24,318 bases of DNA from a virus (taxonomy: Duplodnaviria > Heunggongvirae > Uroviricota > Caudoviricetes): the IMG/VR virus record IMGVR_UViG_2740892258_000019. The stretch is one strand, 5' to 3'. The translations under genes were made by a program, and so were the position numbers. Below the pieces are notes generated by a model. It searched no databases. It worked only from the letters and a program-made list of their open reading frames with translations, and had not been told where the DNA came from. Of the stretch, positions 9,246-17,026 are shown piece after piece. Within the stretch, counting starts at the first letter, position 1. Every line of letters starts with the position of its first letter.

Positions 9246-10258
9246 CAGAATCCCTCCAGCATGCGGGCGGCTTCACGGCGGCGGCGCGAACGCGCCACCA
9301 CCGGCCCTGACGGTCCGTCAGTGGCGTTAATAGCCAGAAAACAGGCCCATGTACGGTCGGCGTGACCTGCTGCATCACTTTCCGCCACAAAGCGAGGCGC
9401 TCCGGTAGGTCCGGTGATCTTACGGAGTTTATGCAGATCACTGCGCAGTACCACATCTCCCGCCGGAATACGCAGGCGGCGGTCCTCAAACATCTCCCTG
9501 CCACGGGTCGCGAGGGTGAGCTTGTTCGGGCTGTTAAATATCACCCCCTCCACACGACTCCTGCCGTGGCGCTCCTGAGCATCTTCCACAGGCTTTTCCC
9601 CCATTCCTGTCTGATCCATACAGCAGCGCAGCACGCGATAACGGAAAAATACGTCATCCAGCAAAGCATCCTGCTCAGCAAAGGTGGCCCGTTTACGGGT
9701 GATGATTTCCCGGGTCCAGTAGACATCCCCCACCTGTTCAAGCACCCAGATCACAAACAGGTCATTACGGACAGCAATATCCACCCCCACAAAGCAGGGG
9801 CCACCCGTATAGTGCACCGGCAGTCCGGCAGCATCGTGCTCCACGCCGTCAATCAGTTCAAACGTCAGCCAGGCCGATGCCTCATCCAGCCACTTCAGTT
9901 CAAACTCCTGTGCCCAGGCGTCATCATCGTTGAGCGCCTGTCGCATCTGTGCAATGTCACGCGGAAGGCCGTCGCGCACGGCACGGTAAATATCCACGAT
10001 GTGACGTGACCAGACATTTTCAAGGGCGTTGCTGGTCATCAGTTCATAAAACTTGTTTCCCTTGCCGTTCGGCGTCGATGTCACACGCAGTCTGTAGCCG
10101 TTGGAAATGACCGGAAACAGGGCGGTCCAGATTTTGCGACTGTCGGCATGGAAGGCGAACTCATCCAGAAAGACGTTAGCCGCAAACCCACGTGCCGTGT
10201 CGGGATTTGCCGGCAGGGCCGTGATACGGGAGCCACCGGGTAACTCCACCTCAAGCAT
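9245..10258 (-). CDS. terminase large subunit, apparently 5-prime-truncated (Walker B, TSTPNG and nuclease motifs present; Walker A region absent)
   Basis: 337 aa; VFLDEFAF (Walker B-like) at residues ~28-35, TSTPNGKG motif, nuclease-like GVDIA...D; only 10 nt separate its ATG from the small-terminase stop and there is no SD. Confidence 0.7.
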   Translation of the reverse strand: MLEVELPGGSRITALPANPDTARGFAANVFLDEFAFHADSRKIWTALFPVISNGYRLRVTSTPNGKGNKFYELMTSNALENVWSRHIVDIYRAVRDGLPRDIAQMRQALNDDDAWAQEFELKWLDEASAWLTFELIDGVEHDAAGLPVHYTGGPCFVGVDIAVRNDLFVIWVLEQVGDVYWTREIITRKRATFAEQDALLDDVFFRYRVLRCCMDQTGMGEKPVEDAQERHGRSRVEGVIFNSPNKLTLATRGREMFEDRRLRIPAGDVVLRSDLHKLRKITGPTGAPRFVAESDAAGHADRTWACFLAINATDGPSGPVVARSRRRREAARMLEGF

Positions 10259-10268
10259 GGTGCTGCTG

Positions 10269-10823
10269 TCATGAGATCACCCCGTAAATCTGTTCCCGCA
10301 CCATCTTCAGGGTTTCCAGACTCAGGCGGGTGTCGCCGGACTTCGCCTGTTTTTCCAGAGCATTCATCCGCGCCTCAATTTTTGCCAGCACCTCGGCCCG
10401 GAATCGCTTGTGGGTCACCGAAGCACGTACCAGTGTGGCTATACTTTCCGAAGCAGTGGCCAGCAGTTTTGCGCGTTTTGCAGGGTCATCATTTTCCCCG
10501 ATTTCCTGCAGACGCATCAGAACATCCAGCATCTCGGTCTGAATAAGTGCCATCATCCCGGCAGAACGATCGTCCGCCTCGTCACCGGCTTCCTGTGCCA
10601 TCAGACGCGCGGCCTCGGTGGCGGCGCGGATGCGGGCCAGTTGTCGCTCCATTTTGTAGCCAAACCGCTGCAGGGAAGAGCGGGTGATGACGTATCCCTT
10701 CTCCTTCAGCAGGGCTTCCAGCCGGGCATATCCACTGAAGTTATTCTCCGTCAGTGCCCGCTCCAGCCAGCGGCGGACCTCCGTCGGCAGAGAATCAATG
10801 CTGCTGCGACGTCCCATAATCAC
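10269..10823 (-). CDS. terminase small subunit (Mu gp27-like, DUF3486-type)
   Basis: 184 aa; position between gp26-like gene and large terminase; basic/helical sequence as in Mu gp27. Confidence 0.7.
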   Translation of the reverse strand: MIMGRRSSIDSLPTEVRRWLERALTENNFSGYARLEALLKEKGYVITRSSLQRFGYKMERQLARIRAATEAARLMAQEAGDEADDRSAGMMALIQTEMLDVLMRLQEIGENDDPAKRAKLLATASESIATLVRASVTHKRFRAEVLAKIEARMNALEKQAKSGDTRLSLETLKMVREQIYGVIS

Positions 10824-11131
10824 TCACTCCAGTATTTTTCCGGGCGGGCAATACCCGGGCCGCATTCCACGGTGTATTCCACAATATCCACACCAAGGCG
10901 ACTCAGATCGGCAAACCAGTCACCGGACGGTCTCTTCTCCAGCTCCACCATTTTGCGATCTGCCAGATAATCAAGCTCCCGGCGCAGCTCCAGTTGCGTG
11001 GTGTCCGGGTAGATGGCACGGGACACGTCCAGCAGCAACGTCTCGCTGGCGGTGTAAGGGCGGGTTTTGTTCAGGGCAACCAGCAGACTCCAGCGCAGGG
11101 ATTCGCGGCGTACCCGGGTAATATCGACCAT
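10820..11131 (-). CDS. Mu gp26-like protein
   Basis: 103-aa ORF translationally coupled on both sides; assignment by synteny. Confidence 0.5.
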   Translation of the reverse strand: MVDITRVRRESLRWSLLVALNKTRPYTASETLLLDVSRAIYPDTTQLELRRELDYLADRKMVELEKRPSGDWFADLSRLGVDIVEYTVECGPGIARPEKYWSE

Positions 11132-11457
11132 TATTGACCTCCGGTATTGCGGTACTGCTGTACCACTTCCAGTTTGTTATAAAGCGCGTCCAGTTTGGCC
11201 TCAATGACTGTCTGGCCACGGATATAATCCTCTCGACGGACATAATTCAGCGGTAAATCCGCTTTAAATCGCATAAATTCTTTTTCCAGCTCGCCCCAGT
11301 TGGAGGCGGATTGTTGCAGGGCCTGTTCAAGGGAGGCGAATCGTGCCGCCTGGCGTTCTTCTGTTTTACTGAACAACCATTTGGCGAGCCCTCCCACAAA
11401 CCCCATGAAGGTGAGCAGAAAACTCACCACCGTCCAGAATTCAACCTGCAGTGTCAT
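11131..11457 (-). CDS. Mu gp25-like protein with N-terminal transmembrane segment
   Basis: 108 aa; hydrophobic N-terminus (WTVVSFLLTFMGFVGGL) then coiled-coil-like region. Confidence 0.5.
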   Translation of the reverse strand: MTLQVEFWTVVSFLLTFMGFVGGLAKWLFSKTEERQAARFASLEQALQQSASNWGELEKEFMRFKADLPLNYVRREDYIRGQTVIEAKLDALYNKLEVVQQYRNTGGQ

Positions 11458-12104
11458 TTCTGTAATCCTTCCCGTTCATCCAGTAACGCGTTTATCTGGT
11501 TCCGCCAGCGACGACATTGTCCTGCGTTGTCGATGATGTTGGCGAGAACGTCACGCTGGGAGACACCCGAATCGCGTAACCGGGTGTCAGTGGTTTCAGG
11601 TTGCCCGGTCGCTGTGCCAGAGCGGGTGCCAGCGGCGGCAACTGAGTCTGAATGACCGGTGTCGACGGATGCGTTGTCATATCCGAGTGCGGCGTTGTAC
11701 TGGCGCACGAAACCGCGAGTAAACACGCACTCAATGGGATGGCTCTTACCTTTTTCATCAATCCAGCGCTGTGTGACATCGTTAATTTGCCCCTGTAGTT
11801 GTTTATTCCGGCTCTCCAGTTGAGCAATCTGCTCAAGATAACCGGCTTCAGCCCGCTGCCCGGCGGCCACCTGCTCCTGATACCGTCTGGCCCAGGCCCG
11901 CAGCGCAGCATTCTCAAGCGTTGCCTGCTCCGTTTTGTACGTGTCGAACGCTGACTGCAACTGACTGAGCGCGGTATCACCGTCACGCTTTGCAGAGTCA
12001 TGACCACTTCTGTATCCCATGGCATACAGGCCGACCAGAAAGGCATTGATAAGAATGGCCAGCAGAATGCCGCGCCACGGCAGCTTTTTAACCAGATGCC
12101 ACAC
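11454..12104 (-). CDS. i-spanin (Rz-like) lysis protein
   Basis: Start re-chosen at GTG preceded by GGGGAGG; N-terminal TM helix (ILLAILINAFLVGLYAM) then coiled-coil periplasmic domain; follows endolysin. Confidence 0.6.
   Translation of the reverse strand: MWHLVKKLPWRGILLAILINAFLVGLYAMGYRSGHDSAKRDGDTALSQLQSAFDTYKTEQATLENAALRAWARRYQEQVAAGQRAEAGYLEQIAQLESRNKQLQGQINDVTQRWIDEKGKSHPIECVFTRGFVRQYNAALGYDNASVDTGHSDSVAAAGTRSGTATGQPETTDTRLRDSGVSQRDVLANIIDNAGQCRRWRNQINALLDEREGLQK
11492..11758 (-). CDS. candidate o-spanin (Rz1-like) embedded in alternate frame of i-spanin gene
   Basis: 88-aa Pro-rich ORF beginning MKKVRAIPLSACLLAVSCAS (signal plus near-lipobox Cys), wholly inside the i-spanin gene. 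Confidence 0.4.
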   Translation of the reverse strand: MKKVRAIPLSACLLAVSCASTTPHSDMTTHPSTPVIQTQLPPLAPALAQRPGNLKPLTPGYAIRVSPSVTFSPTSSTTQDNVVAGGTR

Positions 12105-12603
12105 AACTGCTGCCTCCCCATGTGAGATATCGCGGTGCCAGTTCGCGCAGGATGCGCTGCGGATAATGGCGGTTCTCCCGCCAGCTGGCCGCATTGCGTC
12201 CGGCATTCACCGTGGCGACATGTCCGAACCAGCGGGTGCTGTCCAGCCCCTGCTGCGAGGCCAGCCGTTTGTCCCGCTGTACCCAGCCCAGACCACCGTT
12301 ATAGCCTGACAGCGTCATGGCCATACGCTCGCAGTCACTGGCGGCGCTGACGCGTTGCCACAGCCAGCGGTCATAGCTGACCAGCGCCCGGATGGCCCAC
12401 GCCGGATTAAACGGTTCACGGCTGTTAAGCCCCGGCATCAGCTGACTTATCCAGTCAGCGGTGGTGGGCATAAACTGCGCCAGTCCCTGAGCGCCAGCCG
12501 GCGAGACCGCATCAGGTCGCCAGCCGCTTTCCTGATGCAGCTGCGCGGCGAAGTCGGCCACCGGCGCAGACAGTCCCCATTCAAGCCGGGCATTACGGAT
12601 CAC
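12088..12603 (-). CDS. endolysin catalytic portion (lytic transglycosylase, SLT-like motifs HQESGW / GLAQFMP / YNGG); gene split by upstream 56-bp duplication
   Basis: 171-aa ORF with only a GTG start; reading frame continues upstream into duplicated sequence until a stop created by the duplication. Confidence 0.65.
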   Translation of the reverse strand: MIRNARLEWGLSAPVADFAAQLHQESGWRPDAVSPAGAQGLAQFMPTTADWISQLMPGLNSREPFNPAWAIRALVSYDRWLWQRVSAASDCERMAMTLSGYNGGLGWVQRDKRLASQQGLDSTRWFGHVATVNAGRNAASWRENRHYPQRILRELAPRYLTWGGSSCVASG

Positions 12604-12708
12604 ATCATCGCGATACTGCAGCGCAACCTGCGGAGGCTGCGCTGCGCATGCCGGATCACATCATCGCGATACTGCAGCGCAACCTGCGGAGGCTGCGCTG
12701 CGCATGCC
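12597..12708. repeat. perfect 56-bp tandem duplication (2 copies) at the junction of two endolysin ORF fragments
   Basis: ggatcacatcatcgcgatactgcagcgcaacctgcggaggctgcgctgcgcatgcc at 12597-12652 repeated exactly at 12653-12708. Confidence 0.9.
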
Positions 12709-12884
12709 TGGCTGAAAAAGCCGCCACACCAGAGCAACATTGCGACAAAGAATACCCATGCCATATGAACCAGAAAGGTCCCGGCGCGGACTGACAGGCG
12801 TTCGGTTCTGATGAAGACCCGAAAGGCTTCGAAAGCCAGTTTCAGGGACATGCATACAATCCAGGTGATCTGCGGCCAGTTCAT
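12600..12884 (-). CDS. endolysin N-terminal signal-anchor fragment (frameshifted by 56-bp duplication)
   Basis: 94-aa ORF with hydrophobic MAWVFFVAMLLWCGGFF segment; its ...QPPQVALQYRDDVIR matches the in-frame upstream extension of the catalytic ORF. Confidence 0.45.
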   Translation of the reverse strand: MNWPQITWIVCMSLKLAFEAFRVFIRTERLSVRAGTFLVHMAWVFFVAMLLWCGGFFSQACAAQPPQVALQYRDDVIRHAQRSLRRLRCSIAMM

Positions 12885-12886
12885 GA

Positions 12887-13237
12887 TTAAAGCCCCATCG
12901 CAACAGCCAGACAGACAGCTGCAACAATCAGTGCACGGCGGATTAACGCAGCAGAAAATACAAGGTGAAGGCCGGTCTGCACAGGGAAACGCCCTTCAGC
13001 CATCAGCCTGTCTTCATGTTTCAGGTACTGACCGGGACGGGCTTTGGGGAAGAGCGAACGGTCAAGCCAGTACCCCAGCACTGCTGCCAGCGTGATGAGT
13101 GCCAGCTTGTAGATCACAACAGGCAACTGCTGTGGCGAGACCAGAGCGATGATGCCCAGCAACAGCACTGAGGTCAGCAGCCAGCCGCTGAGGCGAGGTT
13201 TTTTAACAGGGGGAATGAATTTTTTCAGGTTTTTCAT
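12887..13237 (-). CDS. holin-like membrane protein (first gene of late/lysis operon)
   Basis: Start re-chosen at ATG preceded by GAGGAG; predicted multi-pass membrane protein directly upstream of endolysin. Confidence 0.5.
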   Translation of the reverse strand: MKNLKKFIPPVKKPRLSGWLLTSVLLLGIIALVSPQQLPVVIYKLALITLAAVLGYWLDRSLFPKARPGQYLKHEDRLMAEGRFPVQTGLHLVFSAALIRRALIVAAVCLAVAMGL

Positions 13238-13484
13238 GTGTGTCTCCTCGTTTGGTGGAGACAGCATCACAAATGTGGCGGGATACGGATTTTAAACAGC
13301 GTTAATAGTGAAGATGTAAACGTGCACTGCATGATGGCTTTGAAAGAACGACCAGCCCGGTACCCGAACACCGGGCTGGCCATCGCCCCACAGGAATGCG
13401 CTGTGAGCCGACCAAGGTTCAGTCAGTCTCGCGAGACCAGACTAGCCTGCCATATTTTTTATAATTGTAAAAGGCTTACAGATT
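13238..13484. promoter_or_regulatory. central intergenic region between divergent late operon and dam, containing a 10-bp-stem hairpin (13352-13379)
   Basis: ccagcccggt-acccgaac-accgggctgg read directly; no U-tract; location fits late promoter/leader. Confidence 0.3.
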
Positions 13485-14255
13485 ATGAAAATGCAGACAT
13501 TACCCATCGTTCCATGGATTGGTGGCAAACGCCGCCTTGCAAAACACATCCTGCCGCTGTTTCCGGCGCATGAATGTTATGTGGAGCCGTTTTGTGGGGC
13601 AGCAGCGCTCTATTTTCTTAAGGTACCCGGCAAGATCGAAGTCATTAATGATATCAACGGTGAGCTGGTGAACCTGTATCGGGTGGTAAAACATCATCTG
13701 GAAGAATTTGTACGCCAGTTCAAATGGGCGCTGGTCAGCCGGCAGATCTACAAATGGCTGCAGATCACCCCGGAAGAAACACTGACGGATATCCAGCGTG
13801 CAGCACGGTTCTACTACCTTCAGAAGCAGGCGTTTGGGGGCAAGGTGGCGGAGCACAGCTTTGGTACCTCCACCATATCCCCGCCACGCTTCAACCTGCT
13901 GCGTATTGAAGAAGAACTGTCAGCGGCACACCTGCGGCTTTCCAGAACGGTCATAGAACACATGGACTGGCAACAGTGCATAGAACGATATGATCGCCCG
14001 CATACGTTGTTCTACTGTGACCCTCCATACTGGGGAACGGAAGGTTATGGTGTGGAGTTCGGACTAGAAAATTATGATCATATGGCAGATTTAGCACGCA
14101 GGATCAAAGGGAAGATGATTATATCGGTGAACGATATCCCGGAAATGCGGCAGGCATTCAACGGTCTAAATATTCAGTCGGTTGATATCAGCTACAACCT
14201 CAAGATCACTGGCAAATCCAGTCGCAAGAAGGAACTCATTATCCTCAACTTTTGA
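13485..14255 (+). CDS. Dam-family N6-adenine DNA methyltransferase (orphan)
   Basis: 256 aa with N-terminal PWIGGKRRL (AdoMet motif) and catalytic DPPY motif (FYCDPPYWG); no adjacent nuclease-like gene recognised. Confidence 0.85.
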   Translation: MKMQTLPIVPWIGGKRRLAKHILPLFPAHECYVEPFCGAAALYFLKVPGKIEVINDINGELVNLYRVVKHHLEEFVRQFKWALVSRQIYKWLQITPEETLTDIQRAARFYYLQKQAFGGKVAEHSFGTSTISPPRFNLLRIEEELSAAHLRLSRTVIEHMDWQQCIERYDRPHTLFYCDPPYWGTEGYGVEFGLENYDHMADLARRIKGKMIISVNDIPEMRQAFNGLNIQSVDISYNLKITGKSSRKKELIILNF

Positions 14256-15450
14256 CCGAATAGTAAGACTTCATGCAGTGAATCAAGTACTGCATGAAGT
14301 CAAGGGCTGGTTTTGTGTACCAAAAATAAACAGTGATAGCGGTAATAATTCCCATAACTAGAACACCACGTATAATCCAGAACGTACGTTTCTGCGTGTC
14401 TAGTCGCGCAGAAATACTGCTAAATACACCAGCCACGTCATCTTTAATGAAGGAATATTCCTTATTAATCTGTTTTTCTTTGTATTCAATTTCTTCGCCT
14501 AAGGCCTTTATAGATTGCATCTGGTTCGAAAGTGCCAGCCAGATTAACGTTGCAGCAAAAATGCATCCCAGAAGAATTATTGTGTTTGTTATCCCTTGGC
14601 CTGACCATTTCGTAGCCACTTTGAATTGGGTAGCTACGATAACAGAGGCAACAGGAATGCCAAGTATATGGTTCTGGATATCTGAAAACGCTTTGTGGAT
14701 TTTACCCATTTCTTCGACTTTTGCAGCACGCAGTTGATCCATTACTTTGTCATAAGAGAATCCAGAAGAGTAGATACGATACCCTTTCAGAAACTTTTCA
14801 TGCAGACGCTGAATATTGTCCAGTAAATAAGCGAATACTAGAGGTGAATCAATTCCATCACTAACTGCTTGAATACTTTCAATCAGAATATCTAGCTTCT
14901 GATCCTTATGGGTATCATCATTGAAACAAGCTATAAGGTTATCAAGATACTCCCTTTGCAAATTTTGTACATTTTCTGCAGCGAAGTGCGGTAATAGCTT
15001 GATAACTTCTTTTTTCAGAAAAACTAACTGACAAGTTGAGTTATCAAAGTAGGCCGCGGCCTCTTTTAGCAGGTTAACGAACTCGAGAATCTTCCGGTAG
15101 TTGCTGATGAAAACGGGGATATCTTCATCATCATTACGAAATTTTGTTTCTAGGATGAAGTAATTAGCTGGCTCAAGGCACTGATGCTTTGGAGCATTTA
15201 GCAATTTTTCATGGGTGGAAAACACAAGTCCCAGTCCACTCCGTGGTGACGTCACACGTAGGATGATCGTGTTACCTGGAGCGATAGTGCCTGTATCAAT
15301 AGAAAGACCATATTCACGAGGATCATCAAGCAAAGTATCAACCAGATCACAATCGGACTGATCTAAGAGCAACAGCGAACCGACACGAAACCCCTCTTGG
15401 AATTCCATACGACGATACAGAGCTGTCAGCATCTCAAATGAAATCGCCAC
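14245..15450 (-). CDS. 401-aa protein with large cytoplasmic N-domain and two C-terminal transmembrane helices; second gene of repressor-linked cargo pair
   Basis: Low-GC ORF; TM segments ITNTIILLGCIFAATLIWLAL and FWIIRGVLVMGIITAITVYFW; 2-bp gap after upstream gene; no known catalytic motif. Confidence 0.7.
   Translation of the reverse strand: MAISFEMLTALYRRMEFQEGFRVGSLLLLDQSDCDLVDTLLDDPREYGLSIDTGTIAPGNTIILRVTSPRSGLGLVFSTHEKLLNAPKHQCLEPANYFILETKFRNDDEDIPVFISNYRKILEFVNLLKEAAAYFDNSTCQLVFLKKEVIKLLPHFAAENVQNLQREYLDNLIACFNDDTHKDQKLDILIESIQAVSDGIDSPLVFAYLLDNIQRLHEKFLKGYRIYSSGFSYDKVMDQLRAAKVEEMGKIHKAFSDIQNHILGIPVASVIVATQFKVATKWSGQGITNTIILLGCIFAATLIWLALSNQMQSIKALGEEIEYKEKQINKEYSFIKDDVAGVFSSISARLDTQKRTFWIIRGVLVMGIITAITVYFWYTKPALDFMQYLIHCMKSYYSVKS
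14268..14300. terminator. 12-bp perfect inverted repeat hairpin at the convergence of dam and the cargo cassette
   Basis: acttcatgcagt-gaatcaagt-actgcatgaagt; no clear U-tract; lies within the last codons of the minus-strand gene. Confidence 0.35.
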
Positions 15451-15452
15451 GA

Positions 15453-16460
15453 TTAAACCTCAGTCATCCACATTTCCCTAAATTCTTCAGGTACATTACG
15501 TAGGGTGATAATATTTGTTTCCGGATCATAATCAATATAGCCTTCAGTTTTCCCTTCCCGGTCAAACTTAAGTTCCCAATATTTAGACTTGCCTTTAAAA
15601 GATACCAGAGCCCGAATGACTCGACCATCAGGAACGAAGCCATCCGATAACTCCAACTCTTCAGCAGCAAGTTTACCAGATAACTCCTCGGGAGCCTGGG
15701 GCCAAATGGCATTAACAAGGGTTTCAAGACTAAGTGGTTCACCAGCCTTACTTAGTGCATGTAAGTGTTCAAACGCACTCTTAAGAAATGCATCTTTTTC
15801 AGCGCCGTCAAGTCCTTTCTCTGCCGCAAATGCTTTTAAAACGTCACGTAACTTTTCAGACTCTCGTTTGGCGATTAAGACATCATTACAGCCTAGGAAC
15901 TGTTTAAAATAGTTTGAAACATTACCTTGCCCCTTAAGAAAACTGATATAGCGCTCTGCGCCACTTTCCCACGCGGTTAAGTCAATGCGCCCAGCCATAC
16001 GCAGCTTAGCAATATCAAGATAGGTACTATCTTGGATGTTAAAATCATCTGTGACAGTGGACCCAATGGTAGCGCTTACAATAGCTATCAACAGGTGTTC
16101 ATTGTGTCCTATCACGATATTTGCAAAAAGAACATAACCACCAGTAGCCATGTTTTCTCGCTGAGAACGTTCCGTCAGGTGATGCATCATTCGGCAGGAA
16201 CTTTGGTAGAAATCATCAACACCTTCGAGAAAGTCCCCAGCCATTCGTTCCATAGGATAGTTATCCGTATCGCCTTCAAAATAGCCATAACCTTTACCTG
16301 TGCGTCCTGCATATTTTGCACAAATATCGTTTATAAGGCGCTGAGAGGCTTCAGTAACTAGACCTTCTTCAGGACTCAATCTCTCAGAAGCGTCTCCATT
16401 TTGTTGTTTGTCTAAAATGTGAACTACAACGTGTTTAACTTCAATGGTCTGCTCAGACAT
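15453..16460 (-). CDS. NdpA/YejK-like nucleoid-associated protein family (NA37-like) homolog; first gene of cargo pair
   Basis: 335 aa (same length as E. coli YejK); N-terminal KHVVVHIL, GKGYGYF, central GGYVLF, IDLTAWE...YISFLKG and C-terminal YDPETNIITL pattern match my recollection of the NdpA family; SD AAGGTGGA upstream. Confidence 0.6.
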   Translation of the reverse strand: MSEQTIEVKHVVVHILDKQQNGDASERLSPEEGLVTEASQRLINDICAKYAGRTGKGYGYFEGDTDNYPMERMAGDFLEGVDDFYQSSCRMMHHLTERSQRENMATGGYVLFANIVIGHNEHLLIAIVSATIGSTVTDDFNIQDSTYLDIAKLRMAGRIDLTAWESGAERYISFLKGQGNVSNYFKQFLGCNDVLIAKRESEKLRDVLKAFAAEKGLDGAEKDAFLKSAFEHLHALSKAGEPLSLETLVNAIWPQAPEELSGKLAAEELELSDGFVPDGRVIRALVSFKGKSKYWELKFDREGKTEGYIDYDPETNIITLRNVPEEFREMWMTEV

Positions 16461-16530
16461 TGGCTATCCACCTTATTTTTTATTGCTTAATGGCAAATAA
16501 TTTCTGCTATATGTTCTCGTTAGGAACACA

Positions 16531-16938
16531 TTAACCCACATTTTTTAACCGCTCAATCGTTGCGGATAATTCCTTCAGTTGTTTTTCCATCTCAATCACA
16601 CGCTGTTTTTCTTCAGCGCCTCGCATGAGATCTCGCCGAACCTCAGGATCTAACTGGTTTAGAAGTTCAAGCATTTTAAGGTCTGACGGGCTGAATTGAT
16701 GTTGTGTTGGTACAGCAACAATTTCTTTAGATGGAATATGTTCTTTACCGGTAAGTAGCCAATCGATTGATACACCCAAATGGGTACTTAGCGCAACAAG
16801 AGCCTCTGCGTTTGGTTCTCTCTCTCCACGCAAATAGTTTTGAAGTGAGCGATATGGAATTTTTGATAAGTCAGATAATGCCTTTATTGTCATGCCATTA
16901 GCATCCATCACTTCACGCAATCTCTCTTTTGTACTCAT
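16531..16938 (-). CDS. prophage repressor, HTH XRE/Cro-CI family
   Basis: Start re-chosen at internal ATG (MSTKERLREVMDANGMTIKALSDLSKIPYRSLQNYLRGER...); divergent from ner; low GC; hydrophobic N-terminal track extension looks non-coding. Confidence 0.75.
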   Translation of the reverse strand: MSTKERLREVMDANGMTIKALSDLSKIPYRSLQNYLRGEREPNAEALVALSTHLGVSIDWLLTGKEHIPSKEIVAVPTQHQFSPSDLKMLELLNQLDPEVRRDLMRGAEEKQRVIEMEKQLKELSATIERLKNVG

Positions 16939-17026
16939 TTGAACATATCTCAATTTGACACACTCATTTGGGTGTGTACAATAGACCCAATAGAGTACAT
17001 CATAACCTAACAGGAACACGGTGCAT
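16939..17026. promoter_or_regulatory. divergent repressor/ner promoter-operator region with ACACAC-N8-GTGTGT inverted repeat (16958-16977)
   Basis: 88-bp AT-rich gap between divergently transcribed repressor and ner; repeat read directly. Confidence 0.45.

Noticed and set aside
13485-16460. Dam methylase plus adjacent cassette as a restriction-modification system
   Set aside because: Neither cassette protein shows a nuclease motif I can recognise; methylase is convergent rather than co-oriented. Not excluded without searches.
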